Assembly: GCA_021824915.1 (NCBI GenBank)
Contig: JAKAJP010000003.1
Span: 136 to 64,135 of the forward strand
Direction: 5' to 3'
DNA length: 64,000 nt
Origin: a bacterium
GTDB lineage: Bacteria; Patescibacteriota; Microgenomatia; UBA8517
Every line of letters begins with the position of its first letter. The stretch's first letter is position 1. The notes beneath the pieces were generated by a model. That model did no database searches. It was not told the origin of the DNA and worked only from the letters and a program-made list of their open reading frames with translations. This document shows, piece by piece, positions 48,182-58,322 of the stretch. The position numbers and the translations under genes were made by a program.

Positions 48182-48806
48182 TTTCGAAATCCCTTACAAT
48201 TTTTTCTAGATCTTCGGCGATAGTCTCGATTGAACGCTCACCATCTATTTCAACCACCTTTGAATCTTTTCTTAATTCCAAAATAAGCGGTTCTGTCTGT
48301 TTTTTATAAAGATCGAGTCGCTTTTCTATAGCCTCGGGCTTATCATCCTCCCGCTGTACCAGACCCCTAACATCTACATCTGCCGGAGGCTTGTCTGTTA
48401 TGAGGTTATATATCTTGCCCGTCTCCGGATCAATTCTCCTTGCCGACAACCTTCTCACTGTTTCCTCCTTGCTTATTTCCAAGACCAGGACCAAATCCAA
48501 TCTTACCTTCTTTTGCCTTAGCCAACTTCTTAAAAACTCATATTGAGGCAGAGTCCTCGGAAAACCATCAAAAACAACGTCGTCATAAAGATTGTTTTGA
48601 TCCAGAAAGGCTGTTAAGTACGAGGTCATCTCACGATCGGGAACAAGCTTACCCTCGGCTAACATTTTTCTTATTTCCTCATTATGTTCCGCTATTTTTC
48701 TTAGGTATGCCCCAGATTCAAAATAAAAGAAGTTAAACTTTGCAGTCAACATTCTTGCCTGAGTTCCTTTGCCTGACCCTTGCGGTCCCAACAGTAATAT
48801 ATTCAT
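48168..48806 (-). CDS. adk: Adenylate kinase
   Basis: GPQGSGKGTQA, DGFPRT, QREDD. Confidence 0.95.
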   Translation of the reverse strand: MNILLLGPQGSGKGTQARMLTAKFNFFYFESGAYLRKIAEHNEEIRKMLAEGKLVPDREMTSYLTAFLDQNNLYDDVVFDGFPRTLPQYEFLRSWLRQKKVRLDLVLVLEISKEETVRRLSARRIDPETGKIYNLITDKPPADVDVRGLVQREDDKPEAIEKRLDLYKKQTEPLILELRKDSKVVEIDGERSIETIAEDLEKIVRDFENGNE

Positions 48807-48810
48807 ATAC

Positions 48811-50094
48811 TTATTGTATTAAACCTTCATATCTACTCATAACCAACTCGCCCTCCATTTCACGAATGATGTCAAGGGCAACAGAAACAACAATCAATAC
48901 TCCAGTTCCCCCGATAGCTAGATTTTGGACACCGATAAAATTAGTGAAAAATGAAGGCAACACTGCTACCAGACCCAAAAATATTCCACCAACAAGCGTG
49001 ATTCTTGAGAGAACGAACGAAAGATATTTTACTGTTTCTACCCCAGGCCTTATACCCGGAACAAAACCCCCACCCTTTTGCAAATCCTCGGAAATCTTTT
49101 CGGGATTGAAGACCACTCCAGTATAAAAGTATGTAAAACCAAAAACCAAAAAGAAGTAGGCCAAGTTATAAGTAAAAGATTGGGGGTTAAAAAACGAAAC
49201 CAGGTCTCTTGCAAATGTGGCGAGTGCTTGATTTGGAACACTCCCTAAAAACTGACCCAAAAGGGACGGGAGTAGTACCAATGAAACTGCAAAAATTATT
49301 GGGATAACGCCCGCCTGATTTAACCGTAGTGGTAAATAGGACGTCTCAGCAAGTCCCGTCGTAAGTCTTCTTTTTGCATAATGTATGGGGATCTGTCTGG
49401 CCGCCTCACTCACAAAGATAATTAAGCCCACGATGGTAACAGCTATAATTAAAAACAAAGCTACTTTAAGAAAATCTTGCGATTGAACGACGGAAGCTGA
49501 CTGGCCAAAAGTTACAGGGAGTCTGGCTACAATTCCAGCGAAGATCAAAATTGATACACCATTTTTGAAACCATATTCAGTGATAAGTTCCCCCAACCAA
49601 ACAGCCAGAACTGTACCGGCAGTCATAGTAATTACTAGTGACAAGAGCGCAACGGGCGAAAGTGCACCAATGACATTCTGGCTCTTAAGGAGTGAGTACA
49701 TCCCAAAGGCCTGTAGCGCAGCCAACGGGACAGTTAAGAGACGGGTATATTGATTAATTTTTTCCTGGCCATACTCGCCCTCCTTTTGTAACTCTTCGAT
49801 GCTTGGCACGACATAACCCAAGAGCTGAAAAATAATGGAGGCATTAATATAGGGGTTAAGTCCCAATGCCATAACAGAAAAATTGGCCAAAGTTCCACCG
49901 GAAAAAACATCCAAAAGCGAAAGAAGAGGTGAACCGGCAAAAAGTGCTGCGAGAGTGCTTCTATCAATTCCAGCGGCTGGTATGTGTGCCACGAGCCGGA
50001 AAACGATCAATATAACGGCGGTAATGATTATTTTTTTTCTTACCGATGGAGTTTTAACAGCTTTAGAAAAAAAACGGGCAATTTTATCTAGCAT
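48811..50094 (-). CDS. secY: Preprotein translocase subunit SecY
   Basis: ALGLNPYINASI, GVIPIIFA, GFVPGIRPG, GGTG.LIVV.V. Confidence 0.97.
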   Translation of the reverse strand: MLDKIARFFSKAVKTPSVRKKIIITAVILIVFRLVAHIPAAGIDRSTLAALFAGSPLLSLLDVFSGGTLANFSVMALGLNPYINASIIFQLLGYVVPSIEELQKEGEYGQEKINQYTRLLTVPLAALQAFGMYSLLKSQNVIGALSPVALLSLVITMTAGTVLAVWLGELITEYGFKNGVSILIFAGIVARLPVTFGQSASVVQSQDFLKVALFLIIAVTIVGLIIFVSEAARQIPIHYAKRRLTTGLAETSYLPLRLNQAGVIPIIFAVSLVLLPSLLGQFLGSVPNQALATFARDLVSFFNPQSFTYNLAYFFLVFGFTYFYTGVVFNPEKISEDLQKGGGFVPGIRPGVETVKYLSFVLSRITLVGGIFLGLVAVLPSFFTNFIGVQNLAIGGTGVLIVVSVALDIIREMEGELVMSRYEGLIQ

Positions 50095-50350
50095 TTTTGA
50101 GCCTATACTTAGCGATTTTTTCTTTCTTTGTCAGTTTTGTATGAAACTTACCTTTTCCCCGTTGTAAAGGTAATCTTTTAATAAGCGATTTTTTCATCTT
50201 CATTCCTTCAAAAAGAACACCCACCTTACCCCTAGCTTTTTGCCCTTTCTGTCCACGGCCAACAGTGTGGCCGCCTTTGCCGCTACCACGCCCCCTACCG
50301 ACCCTTTTCTTACCTCTTGCTACGATCTTTGGCAACTTGAAATCTTTCAT
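50084..50350 (-). CDS. rplO: 50S ribosomal protein L15, C-terminally truncated
   Basis: KRVGRG.GSG.G...GRGQKGQKAR...FEG...RLP; located between rpsE and secY. Confidence 0.9.
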   Translation of the reverse strand: MKDFKLPKIVARGKKRVGRGRGSGKGGHTVGRGQKGQKARGKVGVLFEGMKMKKSLIKRLPLQRGKGKFHTKLTKKEKIAKYRLKNAR

Positions 50351-50351
50351 T

Positions 50352-50849
50352 TTATTTAGTTCCTTTCCTCATTTCAGATATATAAGAAATTTTCTCCAGG
50401 GCTTTAAGTGTTGCATAGACATTCGAGATTTTGTTCTTTGTCCCCAAAATCTTTCCCGATGCATCCCTGATACCAGCCGCTTCCAAAACAACCCTCATTG
50501 GTCCTCCAGCGATAATTCCACTCCCCGCCGGTGCGGGTTTAAGCAAAACCTCAGCTGCTGAAAACTTCTCGCGCACAGAATAGGGTACTGTGGTACCGAC
50601 AAGAGGAATTTCTATTAGTCTCCTTTTTGCAGCCGCTATTGCTTTTTGTATTGCATTCCGAACATCCCCAGCCTTTTCTATTCCAACCCCAACTTTACCT
50701 TTTCTGTCCCCGACCACAACAAGAGCTGAAAACCTGACTTGATTGCCTCCTTTGGTCTTCTTACTTATTCTGTTTATTTGAACCACTGTTTCCTCAAATT
50801 CTTTAGGAGTTCTATCGTATGGTGACTCTCTGTTAAAATTTCTGGGCAT
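50352..50849 (-). CDS. rpsE: 30S ribosomal protein S5
   Basis: RISKKTKGG, ALVVVGD, PAPAGSGIIAGG. Confidence 0.97.
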   Translation of the reverse strand: MPRNFNRESPYDRTPKEFEETVVQINRISKKTKGGNQVRFSALVVVGDRKGKVGVGIEKAGDVRNAIQKAIAAAKRRLIEIPLVGTTVPYSVREKFSAAEVLLKPAPAGSGIIAGGPMRVVLEAAGIRDASGKILGTKNKISNVYATLKALEKISYISEMRKGTK

Positions 50850-50852
50850 GGG

Positions 50853-51215
50853 TTAAAAATCTAAACCTCCTTTTCTTGCTCCCTCGGCAACCGCTTTCAC
50901 TCTACCATGAAATCGAGAAGCTCCTTTGTCAAAACCAACTTTCTTAATTTTTTTGCTCAATGCCTTCTTGGCAAGATCCTCTCCGACCATCTCTGCAATT
51001 TTTATTTTACCCATCTTCTCGGTAACCTTAAGACTTTTGTCGGAAGCGGCAACTAAAGTTTTTCCCATCTCGTCATCAATTATTTGGGCATAAATATGCC
51101 TAAGAGATCTAAAAACAGAGAGCCTGGGACGGGAACTATCGCCAAAAATCTTGGCTCTGACACGTCTTTTTCTTTGTATATATCTTTTGTTTTTCTTGAG
51201 TAATGAATTATTCAT
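50853..51215 (-). CDS. rplR: 50S ribosomal protein L18
   Basis: RPRLSVFRS.RHIYAQ, FHGRVKAVAEGAR.GGL. Confidence 0.97.
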   Translation of the reverse strand: MNNSLLKKNKRYIQRKRRVRAKIFGDSSRPRLSVFRSLRHIYAQIIDDEMGKTLVAASDKSLKVTEKMGKIKIAEMVGEDLAKKALSKKIKKVGFDKGASRFHGRVKAVAEGARKGGLDF

Positions 51216-51232
51216 TTATAATCCTTTCTAGT

Positions 51233-51784
51233 TTAAGCCGCCGGGCCAGCCTTAGCTGCCGCCTTACCCGGTTTTCTTCTAATCACCTCATCAACATACT
51301 TAATTCCCTTACCTTTATAAGGTTCCGGTGGTTTGACTCCCCGAATGTTTGCAGAGACCTGACCGACAATTTCACGATTAGCTCCATCTACAGTAACAAC
51401 ATTCTTTTCAACCTTAAAACTTATGCCAGCTGGCGCTTCAATCTTAACGGGGTGCGAAAAACCAACTGTTAATGATAACGTATTTCCTATCACTTCAGCA
51501 CGAAAACCGGTTCCCACTAATTCAAGTTTCTTCTGCCAACCCGCCACCACTCCTTTAACCATATTGTTTATTAGAGACCTGTAGGTTCCGTGTAAACTCA
51601 AAGCCTGCTTCGAATCGCCCTTTCGAGTTAACTCCACTTTATTCTCATTTATTTTTACATCTATTTCCCTGGGCAACGACAATGTAAGTTCTCCTTTCGG
51701 ACCGGAAACTTTAACGCTTCTGCCGTTAATCTCTACCTTTGCTCCTTCTAAAATTGTGACTGGTAATTTTCCAATTTTACTCAT
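51233..51784 (-). CDS. rplF: 50S ribosomal protein L6
   Basis: MSKIGK.P, GPKGEL, PPEPYKGKGI. Confidence 0.97.
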   Translation of the reverse strand: MSKIGKLPVTILEGAKVEINGRSVKVSGPKGELTLSLPREIDVKINENKVELTRKGDSKQALSLHGTYRSLINNMVKGVVAGWQKKLELVGTGFRAEVIGNTLSLTVGFSHPVKIEAPAGISFKVEKNVVTVDGANREIVGQVSANIRGVKPPEPYKGKGIKYVDEVIRRKPGKAAAKAGPAA

Positions 51785-51790
51785 ATATTT

Positions 51791-52183
51791 TTACCAAATT
51801 TCTGCCAAAACCTCTCCACCTACACCAAGCTTAATTGCTTCTTTGGATGAAACTATGCCTTTTGGCGTTGAAATTACATATGAAGACGGCCCTCGGCGAG
51901 AGGTAAGCTCGGCAACTTTTATATAAACCCTTCGACCCGGTTTAGAAATTAATTTGATGTCGGATACCATCGGTCTTTTAGCCTTAAAGGTCAACATTAC
52001 TTTAAGAACGTCGTCTTTACTCTCAACCTCGTCCAAATAGCCCATTTTCTTTAAGCATTTGGCGATCTCGGCAATCTCCTTATTTTTACTTATACTTACT
52101 TCCTTATTCTTCGCGATCGCAGCATTTTTGACTCTAATGAAAAAGTCTCCCACCGAGTAGTTTGTAGTTTTATTGTTTCTCAT
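51791..52183 (-). CDS. rpsH: 30S ribosomal protein S8
   Basis: ISKPGRRVY, STPKG, GVGGEVL. Confidence 0.95.
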   Translation of the reverse strand: MRNNKTTNYSVGDFFIRVKNAAIAKNKEVSISKNKEIAEIAKCLKKMGYLDEVESKDDVLKVMLTFKAKRPMVSDIKLISKPGRRVYIKVAELTSRRGPSSYVISTPKGIVSSKEAIKLGVGGEVLAEIW

Positions 52184-52185
52184 TG

Positions 52186-52371
52186 TTACCAGCTTGCCTT
52201 TCTAACTCCGGGGATTTCGCCTTTCAGGGCAAACTCCCTAAAGCACAAACGGCAGAGGCCGAATTTTCTCATATAACCCCGTGAACGTCCACAAACCCTG
52301 CATCGATTACGGTAACGTATTGCATACTTTAATTTTTTGGTTTCTCTGACTTCCTTTGCTGTTGTTGCCAT
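52186..52371 (-). CDS. rpsN: 30S ribosomal protein S14 type Z
   Basis: RCRVCGR...FGLCRLCFR...PGVRKASW. Confidence 0.97.
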   Translation of the reverse strand: MATTAKEVRETKKLKYAIRYRNRCRVCGRSRGYMRKFGLCRLCFREFALKGEIPGVRKASW

Positions 52372-52373
52372 AA

Positions 52374-52925
52374 TTACTTGTTCTCCTTACTAAACGGGCA
52401 TCCCAAAAGCTCCAAAAGCCTTCTTGATTTTTCAACACTACCCCCGGCAATTACCATTGTAATCTCAAGACCATGAGGGGCAGCCGATTTGGCTAAATCT
52501 ATCTCAGGAAAAACAGTGTGCTCGACTATTCCTAGGGTATAGTTTCCTGATTTGTCAAAACCTGACGTCGGTATCCCTCTAAAATCCCTCAAACGGGGAA
52601 GGGTAATGGAAAAAAGTCTGTCCAAGAATGAATACATTTTTTCTCCTCTAAGAGTAACACTAAGTCCAACTGGCATTCCGGCACGAACGGAAAAGCTGGC
52701 GATAGAAACTCTGGCTGCCCTTATAGAAGGCATTTGTCCTGCAAGAGTCGCAAAGTCGCGTTTCAAGACATCTAGCGCCCCCTGGTTTTTGGCAATTTCA
52801 CCAACCCCCATATTTACTACAACTTTTTTAAGGACAGGTACGGCCATTTTGTTTTTAATGTCAAACTCTTTGGAAAGAACCTCTCTAACTTCTTTTTCGT
52901 ATTTTTCTCTTAGCCTATTTAACAT
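52374..52925 (-). CDS. rplE: 50S ribosomal protein L5
   Basis: [23 protein letters not shown]. Confidence 0.97.
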   Translation of the reverse strand: MLNRLREKYEKEVREVLSKEFDIKNKMAVPVLKKVVVNMGVGEIAKNQGALDVLKRDFATLAGQMPSIRAARVSIASFSVRAGMPVGLSVTLRGEKMYSFLDRLFSITLPRLRDFRGIPTSGFDKSGNYTLGIVEHTVFPEIDLAKSAAPHGLEITMVIAGGSVEKSRRLLELLGCPFSKENK

Positions 52926-53229
52926 CAATTTCCTTTCTACACTTCTTACAAATCCTCACTTTTTCGGCACCAATCAGCTTAAAGCCAACGCGGGTAATTT
53001 TCTTACATTTTGGACAAACCAAGGCAATCTTGGAAAATGCCACAGGTCTTGGGATATCATAAATTCCACCTTTAACGTCACCAAATCCCTTTACGTGCTT
53101 TTTGTAAAGATTTGCACCCTCCAAAACCACCTTGCCTTCAGAAGGTAAAATTTTCTCTATTTTTACACTTCTACCCTTATCCTTGCCGGACATTATTTTT
53201 ACGTTATCGTTTACCTTAAATTTGATCAT
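52915..53229 (-). CDS. rplX: 50S ribosomal protein L24
   Basis: KOW SGKDKG, KKHVK, C-terminal CxxC pairs. Confidence 0.95.
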   Translation of the reverse strand: MIKFKVNDNVKIMSGKDKGRSVKIEKILPSEGKVVLEGANLYKKHVKGFGDVKGGIYDIPRPVAFSKIALVCPKCKKITRVGFKLIGAEKVRICKKCRKEIDVK

Positions 53230-53237
53230 ATTAATTC

Positions 53238-53603
53238 TTAAACAACCTCACGCGCTAAACTGGCAATTCTATTGTAACCAACCTCTTTAACTTCGCGGGC
53301 AACAGGGCCCAAAACGCGGGTACCACGAGGTAACCCTTGCTTGTCAATAACAACACCGGCATTATCATCAAACCGGACATATGTTCCATCGGCTCTACCG
53401 ACTTCTTTTCTTGTTCGTACTATAAGTACTCTAACTTTTTCATGATCAGCTACAACCCCAGCCGGGTCAGCACCCTTGACCACACAAAGAACGACATCTC
53501 CTAAAGTTGCGACTTTACCAATCCTTCCGGGAACACCAACTATCATCAAGCGTTTTGCACCACTATTATCCGCCGGAACTATCATACTTCTGAGCTGTAC
53601 CAT
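53238..53603 (-). CDS. rplN: 50S ribosomal protein L14
   Basis: ADNSGAK, RFDDNA, GTRVLGPVARE. Confidence 0.97.
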   Translation of the reverse strand: MVQLRSMIVPADNSGAKRLMIVGVPGRIGKVATLGDVVLCVVKGADPAGVVADHEKVRVLIVRTRKEVGRADGTYVRFDDNAGVVIDKQGLPRGTRVLGPVAREVKEVGYNRIASLAREVV

Positions 53604-53604
53604 T

Positions 53605-53862
53605 TTACTTTTTACCCCCTTCTTTAACTCTAGTCTTCTGCAAAATCTCAATAATATTCCATTTAACCGTCCTTGAATAAGGGCGACTGGCGGCAAATTT
53701 AACGCGATCTCCCAACTTTGCCCCCTTATCATCGTGGACCGAATACTTTCTCACCCTTCTAAATCGTTTCTTATAAATCGGGTGAACAAAGATATTTTCC
53801 ACAGCAACCGTCACGGTTTTGGACCGCTTCGTATTCACTACGCTGCCGGTAAAAATTTTCAT
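53605..53862 (-). CDS. rpsQ: 30S ribosomal protein S17
   Basis: KTVTV, HPIYKK, HD, RPYS. Confidence 0.95.
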   Translation of the reverse strand: MKIFTGSVVNTKRSKTVTVAVENIFVHPIYKKRFRRVRKYSVHDDKGAKLGDRVKFAASRPYSRTVKWNIIEILQKTRVKEGGKK

Positions 53863-54074
53863 TTTTGTAACCTTTCAACAATTTCTTTTTCCCTAATCAG
53901 AGTTGAAATTCTAGCAATCTCACGCCTCAAGTTAGAATACCCTCTAATATTCTTTTCCTGATGAGCCACTATTTTAGCCTTAATTTTCAAAGACTGTAAG
54001 ACTAAATCGTTGAGAGTATTTTTGAGCTCCTTAATTTCTTTTGTCTTTAGCTGACTAAAATCCTTTTTCTTCAT
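53859..54074 (-). CDS. rpmC: 50S ribosomal protein L29
   Basis: LRREIARISTL and synteny. Confidence 0.92.
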   Translation of the reverse strand: MKKKDFSQLKTKEIKELKNTLNDLVLQSLKIKAKIVAHQEKNIRGYSNLRREIARISTLIREKEIVERLQK

Positions 54075-54077
54075 TTT

Positions 54078-54488
54078 TTATTCCTCCCTTGCAACCATCC
54101 TCGTGTCGACCGGCAACTTTGCCGAGGCCATGTCAAAAGCGTGTTTGACGACTTCACTACTCGCCCCCGCAATCTCAAAAAGAATTGCCCCGGGCTTTAC
54201 CACAGCAACATAAGTTGAGATATCTCCTTTACCTCCGCCCATACGTTTACCCGCCGGGCGGGCAGTAATGGGTTTATCAGGAAAAATTCTGACCCAAACC
54301 CTTCCACCCTTTTTAAGTTGATGAGTAGCAGCGCGTCTAGCCGCTTCTATCTGTGCGCTGGTTATCCAGGAAACTTCCAAGGCCTTGAGGCCAAAATCCC
54401 CATAAGCCAATTCATTGCCACGGGTGGCTAAACCACGTCGTCTTCCTCTAAACTCTTTAACAAATTTTCTCCTTTTAGGTTGTAACAT
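54078..54488 (-). CDS. rplP: 50S ribosomal protein L16
   Basis: MLQPKR, QIEAAR, RIFPDKP, RMGGGKG. Confidence 0.97.
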   Translation of the reverse strand: MLQPKRRKFVKEFRGRRRGLATRGNELAYGDFGLKALEVSWITSAQIEAARRAATHQLKKGGRVWVRIFPDKPITARPAGKRMGGGKGDISTYVAVVKPGAILFEIAGASSEVVKHAFDMASAKLPVDTRMVAREE

Positions 54489-55141
54489 TATTCTTCTCCC
54501 TTCTTGTGAATCCAAACTTTAACACCAACATAGCCTCTTTTGAGAAGGGCTGGCGTTTCTGCATAATCAATATCTTCTCTTAAGGTCTGTGTCGGAACGC
54601 TACCCGCCTTAAACTTCTCAACTCTATGAATTTCCGCCCCTCCAACCCGTCCACTAAGAGTAACTTTAATTCCAAGCGCCCCCGAGGCCATAACCCTCTC
54701 GATTGCTTTTTGAACAGCACGCCTATGGGGGATTCTTCTTTCCATCTCAGACACTATTCGATTTGCGACTAAATATGCCGAAAGTTCGGGATTTTTAACC
54801 TCGTTAATTCTGATGTCGACTTTCAAATCGCGGATTATTTTACCCCTAACTTTTCTGATAATGTCCAAAACATACTTTTTGACATCCTCTATTCCGGCTC
54901 CTCCTCTTCCTATTACAACCCCCGGACGACTTACTGTAATAACCAAAACTAAACTTTTAGGCAATCTTTCTATCTCTACGGATGTAATCCCGGCTAGTTT
55001 AAGACGCTCCATAAGGCCTTCCCGTATACGGATATCCTCAATTAGAAAATCTTTGAAAGTTTGACTATCGGAAAACCATCTTGACTTCCAAGGCAGAAAG
55101 CTTCCGATTCTTATTCCGACTGGATTAACTTTTTGTCCCAC
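54488..55141 (-). CDS. rpsC: 30S ribosomal protein S3
   Basis: MGQKVNP.G.R, RPG.VIG, GR.GGAEI, GVKVWI. Confidence 0.97.
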   Translation of the reverse strand: MGQKVNPVGIRIGSFLPWKSRWFSDSQTFKDFLIEDIRIREGLMERLKLAGITSVEIERLPKSLVLVITVSRPGVVIGRGGAGIEDVKKYVLDIIRKVRGKIIRDLKVDIRINEVKNPELSAYLVANRIVSEMERRIPHRRAVQKAIERVMASGALGIKVTLSGRVGGAEIHRVEKFKAGSVPTQTLREDIDYAETPALLKRGYVGVKVWIHKKGEE

Positions 55142-55559
55142 TTTTTACTCCTTTCTTAACAACTTTCTTAACTTCAGTTTTTTCTAATTTTGCCGGTTTT
55201 GATGCCTGCTTTGACTCAATTTTCTCTCTGGTGGTTAATATTACTCTGATATGACTCATTCTCCTCTTAAATGGGTGGTAACGTCCACGACTTGCCGCCC
55301 TGCCTCTTTTAAGACGAGGTCCTTCACCAATCTGAATTTCCTTAAAGATCAAGTCCGTGTCTGCTACCCCTTGTGCTTTAGCTTGGGCAATAGCAGATTT
55401 TATAACTTTTACTAAAGGCTCTGTTGCTCTCTTTGAAACAAAGGGTAACTTCTCGGTAGCCACGACAGGAGAAAGCTTCTTGGCCATTGCTGCAACCAAC
55501 CTCAATTTTCTTGGGCTCATTACTAAATATTTTTGTACTGATTTGAATTCTTTTTGCAT
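55125..55559 (-). CDS. rplV: 50S ribosomal protein L22 with a Lys-rich tail
   Basis: SPRKLRLVA, GEGPRLKR, SHI. Confidence 0.95.
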   Translation of the reverse strand: MQKEFKSVQKYLVMSPRKLRLVAAMAKKLSPVVATEKLPFVSKRATEPLVKVIKSAIAQAKAQGVADTDLIFKEIQIGEGPRLKRGRAASRGRYHPFKRRMSHIRVILTTREKIESKQASKPAKLEKTEVKKVVKKGVKSGTKS

Positions 55560-55840
55560 TAAGTTTTCTCCATCGTACGCTTGACAATTTCTCCGTGTCC
55601 CCTAAATGTTCTGGTGGGTGCAAACTCTCCCAAACGGTGACCAACCATATCTTCTGTTATAAAAACGTCAATAAATACGTGGCCATTGTGAACTTGGAAA
55701 TACTTACCCACAAAGTCGGGTGAAATTTGGGATTTCCTGCTCCAAGTCTTAATCGGAGATTCTTTAACTCCCATTCCACGCTCCACCTTCTTAACTAATA
55801 TCGGGTCAACAAACGGTCCTTTTTTGCTACTTCTTGCCAT
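55559..55840 (-). CDS. rpsS: 30S ribosomal protein S19
   Basis: [26 protein letters not shown]. Confidence 0.97.
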   Translation of the reverse strand: MARSSKKGPFVDPILVKKVERGMGVKESPIKTWSRKSQISPDFVGKYFQVHNGHVFIDVFITEDMVGHRLGEFAPTRTFRGHGEIVKRTMEKT

Positions 55841-55841
55841 A

Positions 55842-56600
55842 TTACTTAGATAGTGTTACTAACTTTGCCCCTTTCCTTCGCTGAGCTATAAGTCTATCAG
55901 AATATTTAAATTTAGCTCTGGTTTTCCCCACCGCGCTTTTTCCGTAAACAGTCTTTGGATGCTTTAATCCAACCCCACTTCTTCCTTCTCCGCCACCATG
56001 TGGGTGAGCGTGGGGGTTCATTGCGACACCACGAACCGACGGCTTAATTCCCATATGTCTTACTCTTCCCGCCTTTCCTTTAACTTCATTTTTATAATCC
56101 GGATTACCAATCTGACCAACAGTTGCCATCGCATCCGGCGCAAATCTCCTTATTTCACCAGAGGGAAGTTTGACCAAGACCCAATCTTCCTCACGTCCGA
56201 AAATTACCGCAAAACTTCCTGCACTTTTAACCATCTGTCCACCCTTTCCCGGAGTTATCTCAATATTGTGAATTTGAGTTCCTACCGGAATACCCTTCAA
56301 AGGTAAGCTATTTCCACGTTCAACCGGAGCATTAATACTAGCTACAACTTTATCTCCGGCTTTTAGCCCTAGAGGAGCCAAAATATACCTTCTTTCGCCG
56401 TCTTCATATAAGATCAAGGCAACTTCAGCATTCCTATTCGGATCATATTCTATGGCCTCTACTTTGCCCCAAACATCACTCTTCCTACGCTTAAAATCAA
56501 TCTCCCTCAAAAATCTCTTTTCGCGTCCACCCTGATGACGAACGGTGATAATTCCCGTTCTTCGTCCGGCCATATTTTTAAGAATTTTTTTCAGTTTCAT
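55842..56600 (-). CDS. rplB: 50S ribosomal protein L2 (short N-terminus)
   Basis: [30 protein letters not shown]. Confidence 0.97.
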   Translation of the reverse strand: MKLKKILKNMAGRRTGIITVRHQGGREKRFLREIDFKRRKSDVWGKVEAIEYDPNRNAEVALILYEDGERRYILAPLGLKAGDKVVASINAPVERGNSLPLKGIPVGTQIHNIEITPGKGGQMVKSAGSFAVIFGREEDWVLVKLPSGEIRRFAPDAMATVGQIGNPDYKNEVKGKAGRVRHMGIKPSVRGVAMNPHAHPHGGGEGRSGVGLKHPKTVYGKSAVGKTRAKFKYSDRLIAQRRKGAKLVTLSK

Positions 56601-56614
56601 AATAATTTTTTTCC

Positions 56615-56893
56615 TTATTTTTTCTTCTCCTCAAACACGTCCAACTTTTCGCCTTCGGCAATTGTAACTATAGCTTTTTTGCTTGCCCTAACCCAAACTT
56701 TTTGGCCTCTCAGATTCCTCTTCGATTCCCCAACGTTTTTTATCGTCCTCACTTCTTTGGCGTGAACTCCAAAGATTTTCAAAAGTTCCGCTCTAACCTG
56801 ATTTTTTGTTGCCTTAACATCAACGGCAAAAGTATATTTGCCTTGCTTGGCGAAACCCGTGCTCTTTTCGGTAAAGACTGGTACTAGTTTCAT
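56615..56893 (-). CDS. rplW: 50S ribosomal protein L23
   Basis: TEKS, YTF.V...ATK, KKAIVT. Confidence 0.95.
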   Translation of the reverse strand: MKLVPVFTEKSTGFAKQGKYTFAVDVKATKNQVRAELLKIFGVHAKEVRTIKNVGESKRNLRGQKVWVRASKKAIVTIAEGEKLDVFEEKKK

Positions 56894-57546
56894 TTTTTGG
56901 TCGCCTTTCTAACTTTTTTGGTAGCAGGTTTGGCCTTAACCTCAACTTTCTTGGTCTCAAAAAGGTTTCCATCAAGTATCAAAACGCCGCCCCTAAAAAG
57001 ATCTAGCGCGTTAGCACTTTTATAAAAAATAACATCTGCATTATCCAAATTCTTCAAGGCTCTCTTAGCTCCCACGCTTTTGTCTGAAAGCAAAAAAGTA
57101 CATCTTTTGTTCCCAACCACTTTCAATAAAGGCAGGATATCCTTTGTTTTGATAACTTTCTCAAGACCGCTTGCGGTAACCACTTCCCCAAGGCCAGCCT
57201 TAAGCGACAAAACAGAATTTCTGCTCGCAACTCTCAGCCTTTTTGGAAGACTTAACTCTCTTTCTTCGACTTTTGGACCATGGGCAATTCCACCTCCGAC
57301 AAAAATCGGGGCACGACGGCTGCCATGTCTTGCTCCACCGGTTCCTTTTTGTTTGTAAAGCTTCTTTTTGGTGCGATTTATTTCAGCCCTAGTTTTAACT
57401 TTTGAAAGACCTGTATGCCCCCTTGCCTCAAAAACACGCAGAGCCTGGGCAATCAAACTTGCATTGACTTTCTCACCAAATTCTTTTGGAAGGGTAAAGT
57501 CCGGCTGAATGATTCCCTTTATTGTGTAAGCTTTTACTTTTGCCAT
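56890..57546 (-). CDS. rplD: 50S ribosomal protein L4
   Basis: KTRAE, QKGTGGARHGS.RAP..VGGG. Confidence 0.96.
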   Translation of the reverse strand: MAKVKAYTIKGIIQPDFTLPKEFGEKVNASLIAQALRVFEARGHTGLSKVKTRAEINRTKKKLYKQKGTGGARHGSRRAPIFVGGGIAHGPKVEERELSLPKRLRVASRNSVLSLKAGLGEVVTASGLEKVIKTKDILPLLKVVGNKRCTFLLSDKSVGAKRALKNLDNADVIFYKSANALDLFRGGVLILDGNLFETKKVEVKAKPATKKVRKATKK

Positions 57547-57548
57547 TT

Positions 57549-58322
57549 TTATTCCTTAACCTCCTCTTTCTTTTCCTCTGGAGCAGGGGACGCCGGAACC
57601 TGGGCCGGACTCTCCTTTACTTCGCCAACTGACTCTTCTCCCTCAACCACCTGAGCAACCGTTTCGTGTTCAAGTTCTTTCAAGCTTCCACTTTTAAGTT
57701 TATTGACAACCACAACCGAACCGACAGATCCCGGAACTTGGCCCGAGATCTCAATCTCACCGGTTTCAGGGTTGACTGAAACAACGTGCAAATTTTTGAT
57801 GGTAACTTGCTCCCCACCCATTCGGCCAGCCATTCTTTTACCTTTATAGACTCTACCGGGAGTAGTTGTCTGACCAATAGATCCGGGGGCACGCTCACGA
57901 TCACTTTGCCCGTGAGTTCTCGGACCGCCTCTAAAATGGTGTTTCTTAACCACCCCCGCAAAACCCTTGCCCTTGGAAATTCCAGTTACACTAACCACAT
58001 CTCCGGCCGATAAAAAATCGGAGACTTTAATTTCATCTCCGACTTTAACTTCCGGCTCTTTATCTACCCTTACTTCCTGAATAAATCTTGGGAATTTTTG
58101 ATCTTTTTGTGTGGTTTTAAGGTGTCCTTGAATAGATTTCGAAGTATTTTTGGCCTTACGCCAGAGGTAACCAAGCTGAATTGCCCAATAGCCGTCTTTA
58201 TCCATTTTCTTGATATGGGTCACGACGCAAGGGCCCGCAGTTACGCGGGTAACAGGAACTCTAAAGCCTTCAACATACGTTTGGCTTGTCGCTTTTTTCG
58301 ATCCTAGTATTGCGTTAATCAT
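57549..58322 (-). CDS. rplC: 50S ribosomal protein L3 with an acidic tail
   Basis: PVT, DGY.AIQ, SKGKGFAG, THG, PGSIG, MAGRMG; start at MINAILG. Confidence 0.96.
   Translation of the reverse strand: MINAILGSKKATSQTYVEGFRVPVTRVTAGPCVVTHIKKMDKDGYWAIQLGYLWRKAKNTSKSIQGHLKTTQKDQKFPRFIQEVRVDKEPEVKVGDEIKVSDFLSAGDVVSVTGISKGKGFAGVVKKHHFRGGPRTHGQSDRERAPGSIGQTTTPGRVYKGKRMAGRMGGEQVTIKNLHVVSVNPETGEIEISGQVPGSVGSVVVVNKLKSGSLKELEHETVAQVVEGEESVGEVKESPAQVPASPAPEEKKEEVKE

Noticed and set aside
50350-50352. Absence of rpmD (uL30) as a novelty
   Set aside because: Already known as a general CPR trait; used only as taxonomic evidence.
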